This document shows positions 1-9,308 of a DNA stretch of 64,000 nucleotides, piece after piece. Source of the stretch: Pseudomonadota bacterium. GTDB lineage: Bacteria > Pseudomonadota > Alphaproteobacteria > MPNO01 > UBA830. The stretch lies in contig JAYYZV010000155.1 in the NCBI GenBank assembly GCA_036339975.1, positions 1,449 through 65,448 of the forward strand. The letters are read 5' to 3'. Under the pieces are notes generated by a model. That model saw nothing but the letters and a program-made list of their open reading frames with translations, had not been told where the DNA came from and searched no databases. Both the position numbers and the translations under genes were made by a program. Position 1 is the first letter of the stretch; every line of letters starts with the position of its first letter.

Positions 1-344
1 AGGGAGATCTCGCAAACTGGTCAACTGGCGGACCGGATGCGGTACCGTCAGTCGGTGGAGCGATGGATCTTGCGTTGGGTGCGCAGCGGGTATTGGTAAT
101 GACAGATCACAACACTAAAAATGGCGACTTTAAGATAGTTGAGGAATGCACCTATCCGCCGACGGGCCTTGGGGTGGTTGGTACTGTTTGCACTGACATC
201 GCGGTCATCGATATTTCGGCCGACGGGCCGGTCGTACGCGAAAAGGTGTCGGGTCTTTCGTTTGACGATTTACAATCCCGGACGGGGGCTAGGCTTCTCG
301 GGGTTGAGAGCTGCGGCGAACTAAAAGTTCCCGTTCTGGATTAG
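1..344 (+). CDS. 3-oxoacid CoA-transferase subunit B (ScoB/AtoA-like), C-terminal part; 5' end lies upstream of the window
   Basis: Frame is open from nt 3. Sequence GGAMDLALGAQRVLVMTDHNTKNGDFKIVEECTYPPTG matches the conserved GAMDLV...MEH.AK.G..KI...CTLPLTG block of family I CoA-transferase B subunits. Confidence 0.7.
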   Translation, partial: GDLANWSTGGPDAVPSVGGAMDLALGAQRVLVMTDHNTKNGDFKIVEECTYPPTGLGVVGTVCTDIAVIDISADGPVVREKVSGLSFDDLQSRTGARLLGVESCGELKVPVLD

Positions 345-406
345 TTGTTGTCAACCTCACTTGTCCGAAAAAAACAGTGGCCCGTTTTCTCAGCGATAAA
401 TTTGCT

Positions 407-1054
407 TCATTTGAAATCGAACAGTCGTAGTGGATTCTGCACCAAGACCTGATGTCGGTCGTCCTCGTTTGGCAACAGATGTGGGATTATGGCCACGAGC
501 TCGCCGGTATCGTGCTGGTCACCAATGTTATATCGCTGGGAATGCGGCCAGTCTGTACCCCAGAGAATACGGTTCGGTGCCGACGTAACAAGTGCCTCCG
601 CGAACTCCGGCGCATCCATATAAGGTGGGCCCAAAGATGAGCAGCGATCGATACAGGAAATCTTGGCTCAGATATGCGCGTTGCCCCGCAAAAGTTCTAA
701 AAGTTTTGTGGACGCCGGCTGACTCAGGCCATCCCCAAAGTCAATTCCGGAATAGTGATCTATTATTGTAGGTGTTTCATGCTGGCCAGCCAGCTCGCGT
801 TTTGGATAAGGCCGTCTGGCTTGGTGTGAATTGTTAGGGAGCAGCCACTATCCATCACCATGCTGGTTACTCGTTCGATCAAGGACAGGTTTCTGGTCCC
901 GCCGCTTTCCGCGACCATGTTGAAACGCGCACCTCGAATGCCGCTTTCGTGGAGTTTGTCTATATCCACATCCGAAAACATGAAGATGCGCGTCTACAGA
1001 ACCTGGCGGCAACATATAAGACGGCTTCCGCGGGTTGGGGGTGTTGGAAAGCAA
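407..1054 (-). pseudogene. Degraded amidohydrolase-2 family gene (LigI/ACMSD-like), frameshifted and internally shortened
   Basis: Three minus-strand ORF fragments in different frames. 848..1054 carries the N-terminal metal site PGSVDAHLHVFG, then turns to nonsense. 763..981 is an amidohydrolase-like middle part (DVDIDKLHESGIRGARFNMV...). 407..634 is the C-terminal WGTDWPH motif. Total span is about 216 codons, against roughly 290 for intact members. Confidence 0.5.
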
Positions 1055-1175
1055 TATGGCAGATCGCCTGATCCGGTCATCTATCTTATCCCGGACTCAA
1101 TTCTTTAGCTTAGTCGTGACCAGTCTTTGATGGCAGAATATGCTACGCTTCAACGTTAACGAAAGGAAAAATAAA

Positions 1176-1778
1176 ATGGCTCGGGTAAAACCCATCCAAC
1201 GGGCGGAGGCGCCTGACTTAGAGGACGTTTTCAGCCGTGCGGAGCAGGCGCTTGGTTTTGTACCTAACAGCTTTTTTGCGATGGGACGTTCCCCCGGTAT
1301 CCTGCGCGCTTTTACGCGACTAGCGCGGGAGGTGATAGGCGTCCCTGGCAAGGTGCCGTTGCCATTGAAGCGGATGGCCGGATATATGGCTAGCCGCTCC
1401 GCAGGTTGCATGTATTGTTCATCCCATACGGCGGAGTCCGCAAGTGTTGTCGATGGAGTTCCGCCAGAAAAGGTAGCGGCGATTTGGAATTACGAAACGA
1501 ACGATCAGTTCGATGACGCGGAGCGGGCAGTTCTCCGAATGGCACAGGGCGCCGGGACATCGCCCAATGCCGTATCCGATCAAGATATGGAAGAGCTTCA
1601 CAAATACTTTGATGATGACCAGATCGTCGAATTGGTTGCTGTGGTCTGTTTGTTCGGCTGGCTCAACCGTTGGAACGACACAATGGCCACTGATCTTGAG
1701 CCGCGGCCGCTAGAATTTGGGCTGTCCAACCTGTCCGACAGCGGTTGGGCGCCCGGCAAACATGCGACTGAAGTTTGA
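1176..1778 (+). CDS. Carboxymuconolactone decarboxylase family protein (AhpD-like peroxidase-related)
   Basis: AhpD-type Cys/His motif AGCMYCSSHT. ATG at 1176 has an AGGA-containing upstream (GAAAGGAAAAATAAAATG); the longer ORF from 1140 has no ribosome-binding site. Confidence 0.7.
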   Translation: MARVKPIQRAEAPDLEDVFSRAEQALGFVPNSFFAMGRSPGILRAFTRLAREVIGVPGKVPLPLKRMAGYMASRSAGCMYCSSHTAESASVVDGVPPEKVAAIWNYETNDQFDDAERAVLRMAQGAGTSPNAVSDQDMEELHKYFDDDQIVELVAVVCLFGWLNRWNDTMATDLEPRPLEFGLSNLSDSGWAPGKHATEV

Positions 1779-1781
1779 TCC

Positions 1782-2630
1782 GTGAAGTATTCGCCCAGCT
1801 CCGGACCTCAGGGCCCGGAGGCATATCCGTCTCTCTCTGGGCGTCCGGTGATCGTAACCGGGGGTGGGCAAGGCATAGGTCGCTACCTTGCGCTGGCCTT
1901 GGCCGAGCGGGGCGCGCTCGTCGTGATCACAGCTGCTCGGGATCCATCCTCTCTGGATGAATCTGTTGCTCTGGCAGCAGGGTTGGATGGCGAGGTGGTC
2001 CCCTTGGTGGCAGATATACGCGATTTGAAAGATTGCGAGCGGACGCTGGCGTTTGCAATCTCGGAATTCGGTGGAGTACAGGCATTGGTAAATAACGCGG
2101 CACGCGGTATCGCCTATGTCCGAGAAACCACCGGTGGCGGGCCGGTGCCGTTTTGGGAAACCGACCGTTTTCGCTGGGCTGAAACCATGGTGACTAACGT
2201 CGTCGGCCCATTTCAGATGAGCGCCGTGGTAGGGGCGTATATGACCGAAATCGGGTTCGGACGGATCATAAATGTGTCGACCAGCGACCGGTCTATGGTA
2301 CGTGAGATGAATTCGCCCTACGGCCCCTCTAAGGCCGCGCTAGAGGCGATGAGTGTAGTCTGGGCAAAAGAGGGAGCTGCCAGCGGTATAGCCGTCAACG
2401 TGCTGTTGCCAGGCGGAGCGACAGAAACCCGAATGGTAACTGGCGTTTCTCAACGTGCTCCGCTTCCACCGGATATTATGAATGCATCAATCTTGTGGCT
2501 GTGTTCCGATGGGTCAAATGGCTATACGGGTGGCCGCTATAAGGCGGATGAATGGGATATTACGCTGGAGCCAGAACAGGCGGCGGCTGGCGCTCGCCAA
2601 GCATCACATGATCTACCTGTAGTCATGTAG
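1782..2630 (+). CDS. SDR family NAD(P)-dependent oxidoreductase
   Basis: N-terminal Rossmann VIVTGGGQGIGRYLALALAERGA; NNAA motif; length and architecture of a classical SDR. Confidence 0.8.
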   Translation: MKYSPSSGPQGPEAYPSLSGRPVIVTGGGQGIGRYLALALAERGALVVITAARDPSSLDESVALAAGLDGEVVPLVADIRDLKDCERTLAFAISEFGGVQALVNNAARGIAYVRETTGGGPVPFWETDRFRWAETMVTNVVGPFQMSAVVGAYMTEIGFGRIINVSTSDRSMVREMNSPYGPSKAALEAMSVVWAKEGAASGIAVNVLLPGGATETRMVTGVSQRAPLPPDIMNASILWLCSDGSNGYTGGRYKADEWDITLEPEQAAAGARQASHDLPVVM

Positions 2631-2634
2631 GGGG

Positions 2635-3543
2635 CTACTCCCGGGTCTCTCGGTGCCAAATATACAGACCGCTGCCAATCACGATTGCCGTTCCGAGGAT
2701 TGAGTACCCATCCGGGATCTGTTCAAAAACAATGATGCTCAAGATAGTAACCCAGATAATTTGAGTATAGAGGAACGGCGAAAGCGTGGATATTGCCGCA
2801 ACTTCGAACGCGCGAATTAGCAAATAATGGCCAAATCCGAATAGCGCGCCGGTCCCGACCATTATTGCCCATGCTTGTGCATCCGGCGCCTTCCAAACAA
2901 AAGGGGTAATACAGGACATCACAATGACGCCTACTGTCGATGTCCAGAACAGGCTTGTTTTCGTGTCTTCTGTTCTACCGGCAATACGGGTCATAATCTG
3001 ATATGAAGCGTAGCAAATGGCCGTACCTAGGGGCAGAATTGCAGCCCAGTGCATCATTCCCATACCCGGCCGGATGATAACTAGTACACCTAAGAGGCCA
3101 ACAAATATTGCTGCCCAGCGGCGCCGTCCGACTTTTTCGCCAAGAAAAGGGATTGATAATGCCGTGACGATAAGTGGTGCGGCGAAGTTGATAGCGACCG
3201 CGTCTGGCAGGGACAGGTAGATCAGCGCCGTAAAAAAAGTGATGGTTCCCAGCATCAGCGTGACAGATCGCGCGATGTGTAAAAACGGCCGCGAAGTTTT
3301 CATCTGGCTAACGATCCCTGAACGGGAAAATATTGCAAGGAAGACCAGCGCGTGAAAGACGTAGCGCGCCCATACGACCTGCATAATATGATAATCTGCG
3401 GCCAGTATTTTCACACATGCCTCGCCCAATGCGAAAAACGCGATACCCGAACACAGCAGAAAAATGCCGAGGCGCGGGTTTTGAACTCTTGGGCCTACGT
3501 CCATAAGTCGCTTATGATGGTCGTCCGCACACTTACCCCGCAA
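2635..3543 (-). CDS. DMT superfamily (EamA-like) transporter
   Basis: 302 aa and about 10 hydrophobic segments; the duplicated EamA-type topology is inferred from the hydrophobicity pattern. Confidence 0.7.
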   Translation of the reverse strand: MRGKCADDHHKRLMDVGPRVQNPRLGIFLLCSGIAFFALGEACVKILAADYHIMQVVWARYVFHALVFLAIFSRSGIVSQMKTSRPFLHIARSVTLMLGTITFFTALIYLSLPDAVAINFAAPLIVTALSIPFLGEKVGRRRWAAIFVGLLGVLVIIRPGMGMMHWAAILPLGTAICYASYQIMTRIAGRTEDTKTSLFWTSTVGVIVMSCITPFVWKAPDAQAWAIMVGTGALFGFGHYLLIRAFEVAAISTLSPFLYTQIIWVTILSIIVFEQIPDGYSILGTAIVIGSGLYIWHRETRE

Positions 3544-3645
3544 TCTCTACGATGTCTCGTTGACCGGTGACTTGGTTTCCTAACCTGAGAAATTTGCGCA
3601 TTACATCGGAGAAAAACCTGCATTGAGCCTTCTTCGTTAAAGATT

Positions 3646-3969
3646 CTATTGTAGAATCGACATTTGGGTTGGGGTGAGGCGGGTCACCACCATTGCTTCG
3701 CGGTTCAGCATTGAGGATAGCCGTGGGCTAACATCCTCATTCCAGTAGTCGCTGCCATACACCTCGTCGTAGAGGCGCTCGCGTTCTGCCTCGTTCTCGA
3801 AACGGCGGATCCAGACGTATACCGTGTCGTCCTCCTCGCCGCGGAAACTACCGGCAATCACCATGCCTTTGGCAACCTGGAAGGGGATAATCTCTTCATG
3901 CATCACCTTCAGCCAGTTTTCCATCTGTCCTTCGAGAACTGTGTATTGCCTTAGTTCATAAAATGCCAT
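3646..3969 (-). CDS. NIPSNAP family protein
   Basis: 107 aa; MAFYELRQYTV...VYVWIRRFENEAERE resembles the NIPSNAP/stress-responsive dimeric alpha+beta barrel family. Confidence 0.6.
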   Translation of the reverse strand: MAFYELRQYTVLEGQMENWLKVMHEEIIPFQVAKGMVIAGSFRGEEDDTVYVWIRRFENEAERERLYDEVYGSDYWNEDVSPRLSSMLNREAMVVTRLTPTQMSILQ

Positions 3970-4135
3970 CAGTCGTTTCTCCCTTGTTAATGTCTCTTAT
4001 TCGTCCACCATGCTCGTCACGTCAATATTGGTGGCGGGCATCCAGAGCTGAAGAATCCCAAGTGACGTTACCCCCGTATACAGGCTACCATGAAGGGAGA
4101 TACTGTCACCCCATCCGAAAATCGGATACCCATTT

Positions 4136-5098
4136 ATGAAACCCAACTTGTTTGCCGGCTCGCAACTCGCCCCCGTCTTCCGGGAGTGCGCTTTCTGCCT
4201 TTGGGATGTCGGTGCGCGCGGTGGCGTGGACCCAATATTCGCACCGTTTGCATTTGCGATTGACGCGGTCGGATTCGAGCCAGATCCGCCGGCTTTTGCA
4301 GAGTTATCTTCCTCAGGGCGATGGCGCAGCGAGAAGTTTTTCGAGACGGCCCTTGGCGGTCCCGACACTGGTTCCACTCTGAATATCACTAGTGACCCGG
4401 CCGGCGCGTCCTTTCTGAAACATGATGTGGCAATAGGTGTCCGTTATGGTCTTGACGATTTGTTCCAGGTTAGGCGTACCGTCGAAATTCCTACCGTGAC
4501 GATTGACCACGCAATGGCTGAGCTGGGCGTACCGGCGCCCACCCTTCTGAAACTCGACGTAGAAGGTCTGGAACTCGATATTCTAAAGGGTGCTGCTGAG
4601 GCGTTGAAAGGTGTCGTCGCGATAAAGCTCGAAGCCGGTTTTATGCGCCACCGATTTGGCCAGCCGCTGGTGGGCGAAGTGATCGCATTTCTAGAATGTC
4701 ATGGTCTTTATGCCGTCGATCTGGTTGACCAGATGCGCTGGCGCAAGCGGCCTTGGGCCGGGGATCCATATTCCGTAAAGGGGACACCCCCCTATTCGCG
4801 GGGTAGGTTGGCACAGGCGGACATCATATTTCTGCGCGAACCGCGGACAATAACACCCGGCATGGCAAGGCCAGCCGCATTAGCCGCCATCGGTCTTGGC
4901 TACTTCGATCACGGTTTAGAGTTATTGCGCGAAGGCAGCGACGAAGACGATAACTTCCTGCAAAATGCGATTTCTATAGCATCCAAACTCTATGCGCGCG
5001 CGCGGGGGCGACAAGAACTTCGAGACAGTATCATCCATATTTCCCGACTTGTGCGATCGCTAACAGTTGGCCTGAATGTACCGCCGCGGAATTCCTGA
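4136..5098 (+). CDS. FkbM family methyltransferase
   Basis: LLKLDVEGLELDILKGA and DVGARGG segments are typical of FkbM-domain SAM methyltransferases. Start uncertain, no clear ribosome-binding site. Confidence 0.6.
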   Translation: MKPNLFAGSQLAPVFRECAFCLWDVGARGGVDPIFAPFAFAIDAVGFEPDPPAFAELSSSGRWRSEKFFETALGGPDTGSTLNITSDPAGASFLKHDVAIGVRYGLDDLFQVRRTVEIPTVTIDHAMAELGVPAPTLLKLDVEGLELDILKGAAEALKGVVAIKLEAGFMRHRFGQPLVGEVIAFLECHGLYAVDLVDQMRWRKRPWAGDPYSVKGTPPYSRGRLAQADIIFLREPRTITPGMARPAALAAIGLGYFDHGLELLREGSDEDDNFLQNAISIASKLYARARGRQELRDSIIHISRLVRSLTVGLNVPPRNS

Positions 5099-5188
5099 AA
5101 TGTCTGATTTTGTTTTGAAAATTGCTTAGGGGAGAGGTTGCTAACCTTGGGCTTCTGCATTCCAAATACAGTGACGCTGAAAAATTAA

Positions 5189-6694
5189 CTACCTCTCTCG
5201 AGTGGCCGCCTTATTTCTTCGAATTATCAACAGTAAAGGGATCGGTATAAGGGCACCTAGCGCATATAGAATAAAAGAATTTAAGTAACCAATCATAACC
5301 GCCTGATTGCCGATCTCTTGTGCCAATGAAATAAGCCCGTTTGGTGTGTCCAAATTCATGAATTCTTCTACGCCGGGTCGCGCGAGAAGTTCATTATAAG
5401 AATTTGCTATTTCTGACAGCTCCGAGTGGTTCACCTTGCTTGTTCTGAGAACCACCATCACGTTGAGAGCTATAAAAATGCTACTCCCATAGTTTCGTAT
5501 CAGATGGAAAAAGGCAGTACCGTCCGCCATAAGGTTTTCCCGAAGTGTGGAAAAGGTGACTACCGAGAGTGGTACCCACAATAATCCGCAACCGATACCC
5601 TGCAGAATGCCAACCCAAGAGACGAACGAAACGGTTATATTGGCGTTGAAGCCCGCAGAGATTAATCCCGATAAACCAATTGCCACAAGACCCAGACCCA
5701 TACTATAGCGAGGGTCGGTCTTTGTGATCCTTGGGGCTACCAGAAACCCTAGAAAGATTCCAACGCTTCGCATCGCGAGGATAAAGCCGATGTCTGAATC
5801 CGGATATCCCACATAATCTTGCAGCATCGTTGGTAGAAGAACTGTTGTGGTTACATTAAGCATTCCGTACACAAAGACGAAAATTAGGCCGATAGCATAA
5901 TTACGATCGGTAAAAAGGTATGGGTTAATGAAAGGGTTTTTGTGAAAAAAAGAATGTACTAGAAAAAAATAACAACTCAGTACCAATATCACCCCGAGAA
6001 GGATTATAAATTTACTCTCGAACCAGTCGAGGCGCTCACCTCGATCAAGAATGATTTGCAAACACGATACAGCCAAAGACAGGGTCATAAACCCTACCCA
6101 ATCAAGCTTGGAATGTCCGGTTCTCTCAACGTCTTTTATAAAAGCTATGACACCAAGAAGTGCTGCGAGACACACCGGTAAGAGCAAATAAAAAGTCCAT
6201 CGCCAGCTATATTCTTCTGACATATATCCGCCAAGCGCAGGAGCAAGGCCGGGTCCAATGACCACCGACATACCCCAGATACTCATAGCGATCGCTCGCT
6301 TGTCGGGTTCCTTATATGTGTTGAGGATAACTGCCTGAGCAATGGGTACCAAGGGGGCACCAAAGGCGCCCTGCCCAATCCGGTATAGCAATAGTGGTTC
6401 TAGTGAGCTTGTTATTGCGCACATATAGGTGGTTGCTGTGAACCCAACTATGCACCAAATCAGTGTATTGCGTTGCCCCCATTTTGCTACCAACCATCCA
6501 GTAAGCGGTGTTGCTACCGCCGTCGCCACTAAGTTCAGGGTGATTACCCATGAAATTTGATCCGGCGTCGCGGCCAGAGCACCCTGCATTTGTGGTAACG
6601 CGACGTTAACAATGGTTAATGCACATATGTAAACTGCGGTAACCAGCGACATTACCAGTAGAACAATTACTTTCGGAATTCCCCGATCAGCCAT
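5189..6694 (-). CDS. MFS transporter, DHA2 (EmrB/QacA-like, 14-TMS) drug/H+ antiporter family
   Basis: 501 aa with about 14 hydrophobic segments. The N-terminal ALPQMQGAL...DQISWVIT motif region is typical of EmrB/QacA. Markedly lower GC (about 42%) than its neighbours. Confidence 0.75.
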   Translation of the reverse strand: MADRGIPKVIVLLVMSLVTAVYICALTIVNVALPQMQGALAATPDQISWVITLNLVATAVATPLTGWLVAKWGQRNTLIWCIVGFTATTYMCAITSSLEPLLLYRIGQGAFGAPLVPIAQAVILNTYKEPDKRAIAMSIWGMSVVIGPGLAPALGGYMSEEYSWRWTFYLLLPVCLAALLGVIAFIKDVERTGHSKLDWVGFMTLSLAVSCLQIILDRGERLDWFESKFIILLGVILVLSCYFFLVHSFFHKNPFINPYLFTDRNYAIGLIFVFVYGMLNVTTTVLLPTMLQDYVGYPDSDIGFILAMRSVGIFLGFLVAPRITKTDPRYSMGLGLVAIGLSGLISAGFNANITVSFVSWVGILQGIGCGLLWVPLSVVTFSTLRENLMADGTAFFHLIRNYGSSIFIALNVMVVLRTSKVNHSELSEIANSYNELLARPGVEEFMNLDTPNGLISLAQEIGNQAVMIGYLNSFILYALGALIPIPLLLIIRRNKAATRER

Positions 6695-6958
6695 AAGAAT
6701 TTTTATTGGTAGAACTCAGGTAACAAAGTTTGTCGGCCGTTTCCCGCTCTGATCCACGTTCATAAGAGCTGCGGTCACACGACTTGTTAATCGATAACAA
6801 GTTACATGGCCACAAGCCAGCCGGACGGTGGTAAAAAAGCTGAATTATATCTTTTGGCCAGTGCCACAGTATTCAAATTTGAATAAAGCCGGCCAGATCG
6901 GAGAAATGAACCGGCGGTTGCGAGCCGCGATATCTAATCGCCAAATTTGGAGGTTTTC

Positions 6959-7035
6959 TGGTCGGAGTGAGAGGATTCGAACCTCCGGCCCCTGCCTCCC
7001 GAAGACAGTGCTCTACCAGGCTGAGCTACACTCCG
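6959..7035 (-). tRNA. tRNA-Pro (anticodon CGG), including the encoded CCA
   Basis: Reverse complement folds as a cloverleaf: acceptor CGGAGTG/CACTCCG, D-arm GCTC-AGCCTGGTA-GAGC, anticodon stem CTGTC/GGCAG with loop TTCGGGA (anticodon CGG), T-arm GGAGG-TTCGAAT-CCTCT, discriminator A plus CCA. Near-identical in the D, anticodon and T arms to enterobacterial tRNA-Pro(CGG). Confidence 0.9.
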
Positions 7036-7124
7036 ACCGGAACCGGCGGGTTTATACCTCTAGCGACAGCGACCGGCAAGCAATAGGAGGGTTTCCGTCG
7101 GCGGATTGTTGACTTGTCTCTGGC

Positions 7125-7982
7125 GTGGTTTCACTCTGCGAGTTGTGTTTCTTGAAGGAATTAACCAACGTGTCTGAAATATCGAAGCCCGACGCAACTC
7201 CCGGCAAGATGCATGCCTGTAAAGAAAACGGTATTGGTTGGATGATTTACGATCAACAGGCCAAATACAATGCCGTGACCTATGATATGCGTCGCGCAAT
7301 TCCCGGGATCATGGCGGATTTTGAGGCTGACGACGAAATCCGGGTGGTGGTGATCACTGGGGCCGGAGAGAAAGCATTTATTTCCGGGTCCGATATTTCT
7401 CAGTTCGATGAAAAGCGTTCGTCGGAAGAGGCGAGGCGGAGATACGACGAGGCCTCTGAAATGGCCAATCTGGCGATGCGCAACTTCCCAAAACCGATGA
7501 TCGGGATGATCCATGGGTTTTGCTTGGGCGCGGGTGTGCTTACGGCGATGCTCTGTGACTTCCGCATCGCCGCGGAAAATGCTCAATTTGGGGCACCTCC
7601 CGCAAAGCTTGGCCTCGGCTTCGGATATAGTGGGGTCGACGACCTAGTGAAGCTGGTGGGTCCGGCCTATGCCGCTGAAATTCTGTTCACCGGTAACCGT
7701 TATGATGCGAGGGATGCCCTTAAGATGGGCTTGGTCAGCCGGATTGTACCATACGATGAACTCCGGGAGAGCGTGCGGGAAATAGCCACCACCATCGCTG
7801 CCAATGCCCCGCTTACATTGAAATCGGTTAAGACATCTATTCGCAACGTTCAGCTCGACCGGCGCGCGCGTGACATGAAGACCGTCCAAGCTCAGATAGA
7901 CGCCTGCTTCGCCAGCGAGGATTACAAGGAAGGCCGACAGGCGTTTATGGACAAGCGAAAGCCGGTTTTTATAGGGAAATAG
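7125..7982 (+). CDS. Enoyl-CoA hydratase/isomerase (crotonase) family protein
   Basis: VVVITGAGEKAFISGSDI oxyanion-hole region and crotonase fold length. Real start may be the internal GTG near 7170 or the ATG at 7209. Confidence 0.8.
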   Translation: MVSLCELCFLKELTNVSEISKPDATPGKMHACKENGIGWMIYDQQAKYNAVTYDMRRAIPGIMADFEADDEIRVVVITGAGEKAFISGSDISQFDEKRSSEEARRRYDEASEMANLAMRNFPKPMIGMIHGFCLGAGVLTAMLCDFRIAAENAQFGAPPAKLGLGFGYSGVDDLVKLVGPAYAAEILFTGNRYDARDALKMGLVSRIVPYDELRESVREIATTIAANAPLTLKSVKTSIRNVQLDRRARDMKTVQAQIDACFASEDYKEGRQAFMDKRKPVFIGK

Positions 7983-7988
7983 GTATTT

Positions 7989-9011
7989 CTAGTAACTGCG
8001 GTGGATCGCAAATTCTACAGCCTCTATCAGTGACCGCTTAATGTATCCATCCGGGAACGGTTCGAGAGAAGCCCGAGCTTTCGCACCATACTCATGGGCA
8101 CGTTCCATGGTCGCGGCCAGCGCGCCGGATTTTTCCAGCATTGAGACTGCACGACGGAAGTCTCCTTTTTTCTGTTCAAGGTCTTCCAACGCGCGGCGCC
8201 AGAAGGCTTTTTCATTATTGTCCGCAGTCCTGAAAGCTAAAACGACGGGCAGGGTGATTTTGCCATCGCGGAAATCATCACCCACGGCCTTTCCTAGCGT
8301 TGCCTGTCGAGCTGAATAGTCCAGCACGTCATCTACTAACTGGAAGGCCATGCCGATATTGTGACCGAAATACGAAAGCGCCTTCCAGTCGGCTTCGGGC
8401 CGCTCTGCAATGACGGCGCCGATCTCGCTGGCAGCGGCGAAAAGCTTCGCTGTCTTGGAACTGATCACTTCTAGGTAGTCCGACTCGGCCGTTTCGGTGT
8501 CGTTGGCAGTGACAAGCTGCAGTACCTCCCCCTCCGCGATAATCGACGAGGCCTGCGACAGGATGCGGAGCACGTCGAGATTGCCGTCTTCGACCATCAG
8601 TTCGAAAGCGCGGCTGAACAAAAAGTCACCAACCAACACGCTGGATTTGTTACCCCACAAGGCGTTGGCACTTGCCGCGCCGCGGCGAAGATCACTTTCG
8701 TCGACGACGTCATCATGTAGAAGCGTCGCTGTGTGAATGAACTCCACGCAGGCAGCGAGACCGATGTGCCGGTTAGCCTCGTAGCCGCACATCCGAGCGC
8801 TAGCGATGGTGAGCATCGGGCGTAAACGTTTTCCGCCAGCAGCAATGATATGGCTTGCGACCTGTGGAATTAAAATGACGGGACTTTCCATCCGATCAAT
8901 AATAGTCTGGTTGACCCGCTGGATATCATCCAATGTCAGTGCGGTCAGCGCGTCGATGGACGGCTTAGGACGCTCTTGGCGTTCACGTTCAAAGTCGACA
9001 ATAACGCTCAC
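7989..9011 (-). CDS. ispB: Octaprenyl/all-trans-polyprenyl diphosphate synthase
   Basis: Trans-isoprenyl diphosphate synthase with both Asp-rich motifs (LLHDDVVDESDLRRG and FQLVDDVLD); 340 aa. Conserved alphaproteobacterial neighbourhood. Confidence 0.85.
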   Translation of the reverse strand: MSVIVDFERERQERPKPSIDALTALTLDDIQRVNQTIIDRMESPVILIPQVASHIIAAGGKRLRPMLTIASARMCGYEANRHIGLAACVEFIHTATLLHDDVVDESDLRRGAASANALWGNKSSVLVGDFLFSRAFELMVEDGNLDVLRILSQASSIIAEGEVLQLVTANDTETAESDYLEVISSKTAKLFAAASEIGAVIAERPEADWKALSYFGHNIGMAFQLVDDVLDYSARQATLGKAVGDDFRDGKITLPVVLAFRTADNNEKAFWRRALEDLEQKKGDFRRAVSMLEKSGALAATMERAHEYGAKARASLEPFPDGYIKRSLIEAVEFAIHRSY

Positions 9012-9089
9012 GGAGGCCTCGATTCTTGACGATTGCTATAGATATACGGAACATAGTTCGAGCAAGGTGCCGGTCAAGATGGAAGAAGC

Positions 9090-9308
9090 ATGAAAGAACT
9101 GCTCCGATCCAATGAAATTGTGTTTCTGTCGTGGGTTGAAGCGCTGCTCAAATCCGAAGGCGTAGAAACCTTCATCCTCGACGGCCATATGAGTGTGCTG
9201 GAAGGCAGCGTCAGTGCTATACCCCGAAGGATCATGGTTTCTGAAAAAGACTATCATCGTGCACGCGGGGTACTTCATGAATCGGGCGAAGGAGATCGTT
9301 TTGCCTGA
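9090..9308 (+). CDS. DUF2007 domain protein (putative signal-transducing protein)
   Basis: 72-aa protein in the conserved position divergent from ispB and upstream of the MTase. Sequence family recognised only by resemblance. Confidence 0.5.
   Translation: MKELLRSNEIVFLSWVEALLKSEGVETFILDGHMSVLEGSVSAIPRRIMVSEKDYHRARGVLHESGEGDRFA

Noticed and set aside
3997-4389. 130-aa minus-strand ORF upstream of or overlapping the FkbM gene
   Set aside because: Low-complexity (Ala/Ser/Gly/Pro-rich) translation that overlaps the FkbM methyltransferase, which is better supported.
6941-6950. Perfect 10-bp palindrome CCAAATTTGG just 3' of the tRNA
   Set aside because: Too short and loop-less to call a terminator, and it has no flanking T-run on the relevant strand. 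Noted only.
6828-7299. ORFs 6828..7112 (+) and 7060..7299 (-) from the six-frame track
   Set aside because: Both overlap the tRNA-Pro gene and its flanks and have no protein-like composition, so they are spurious.
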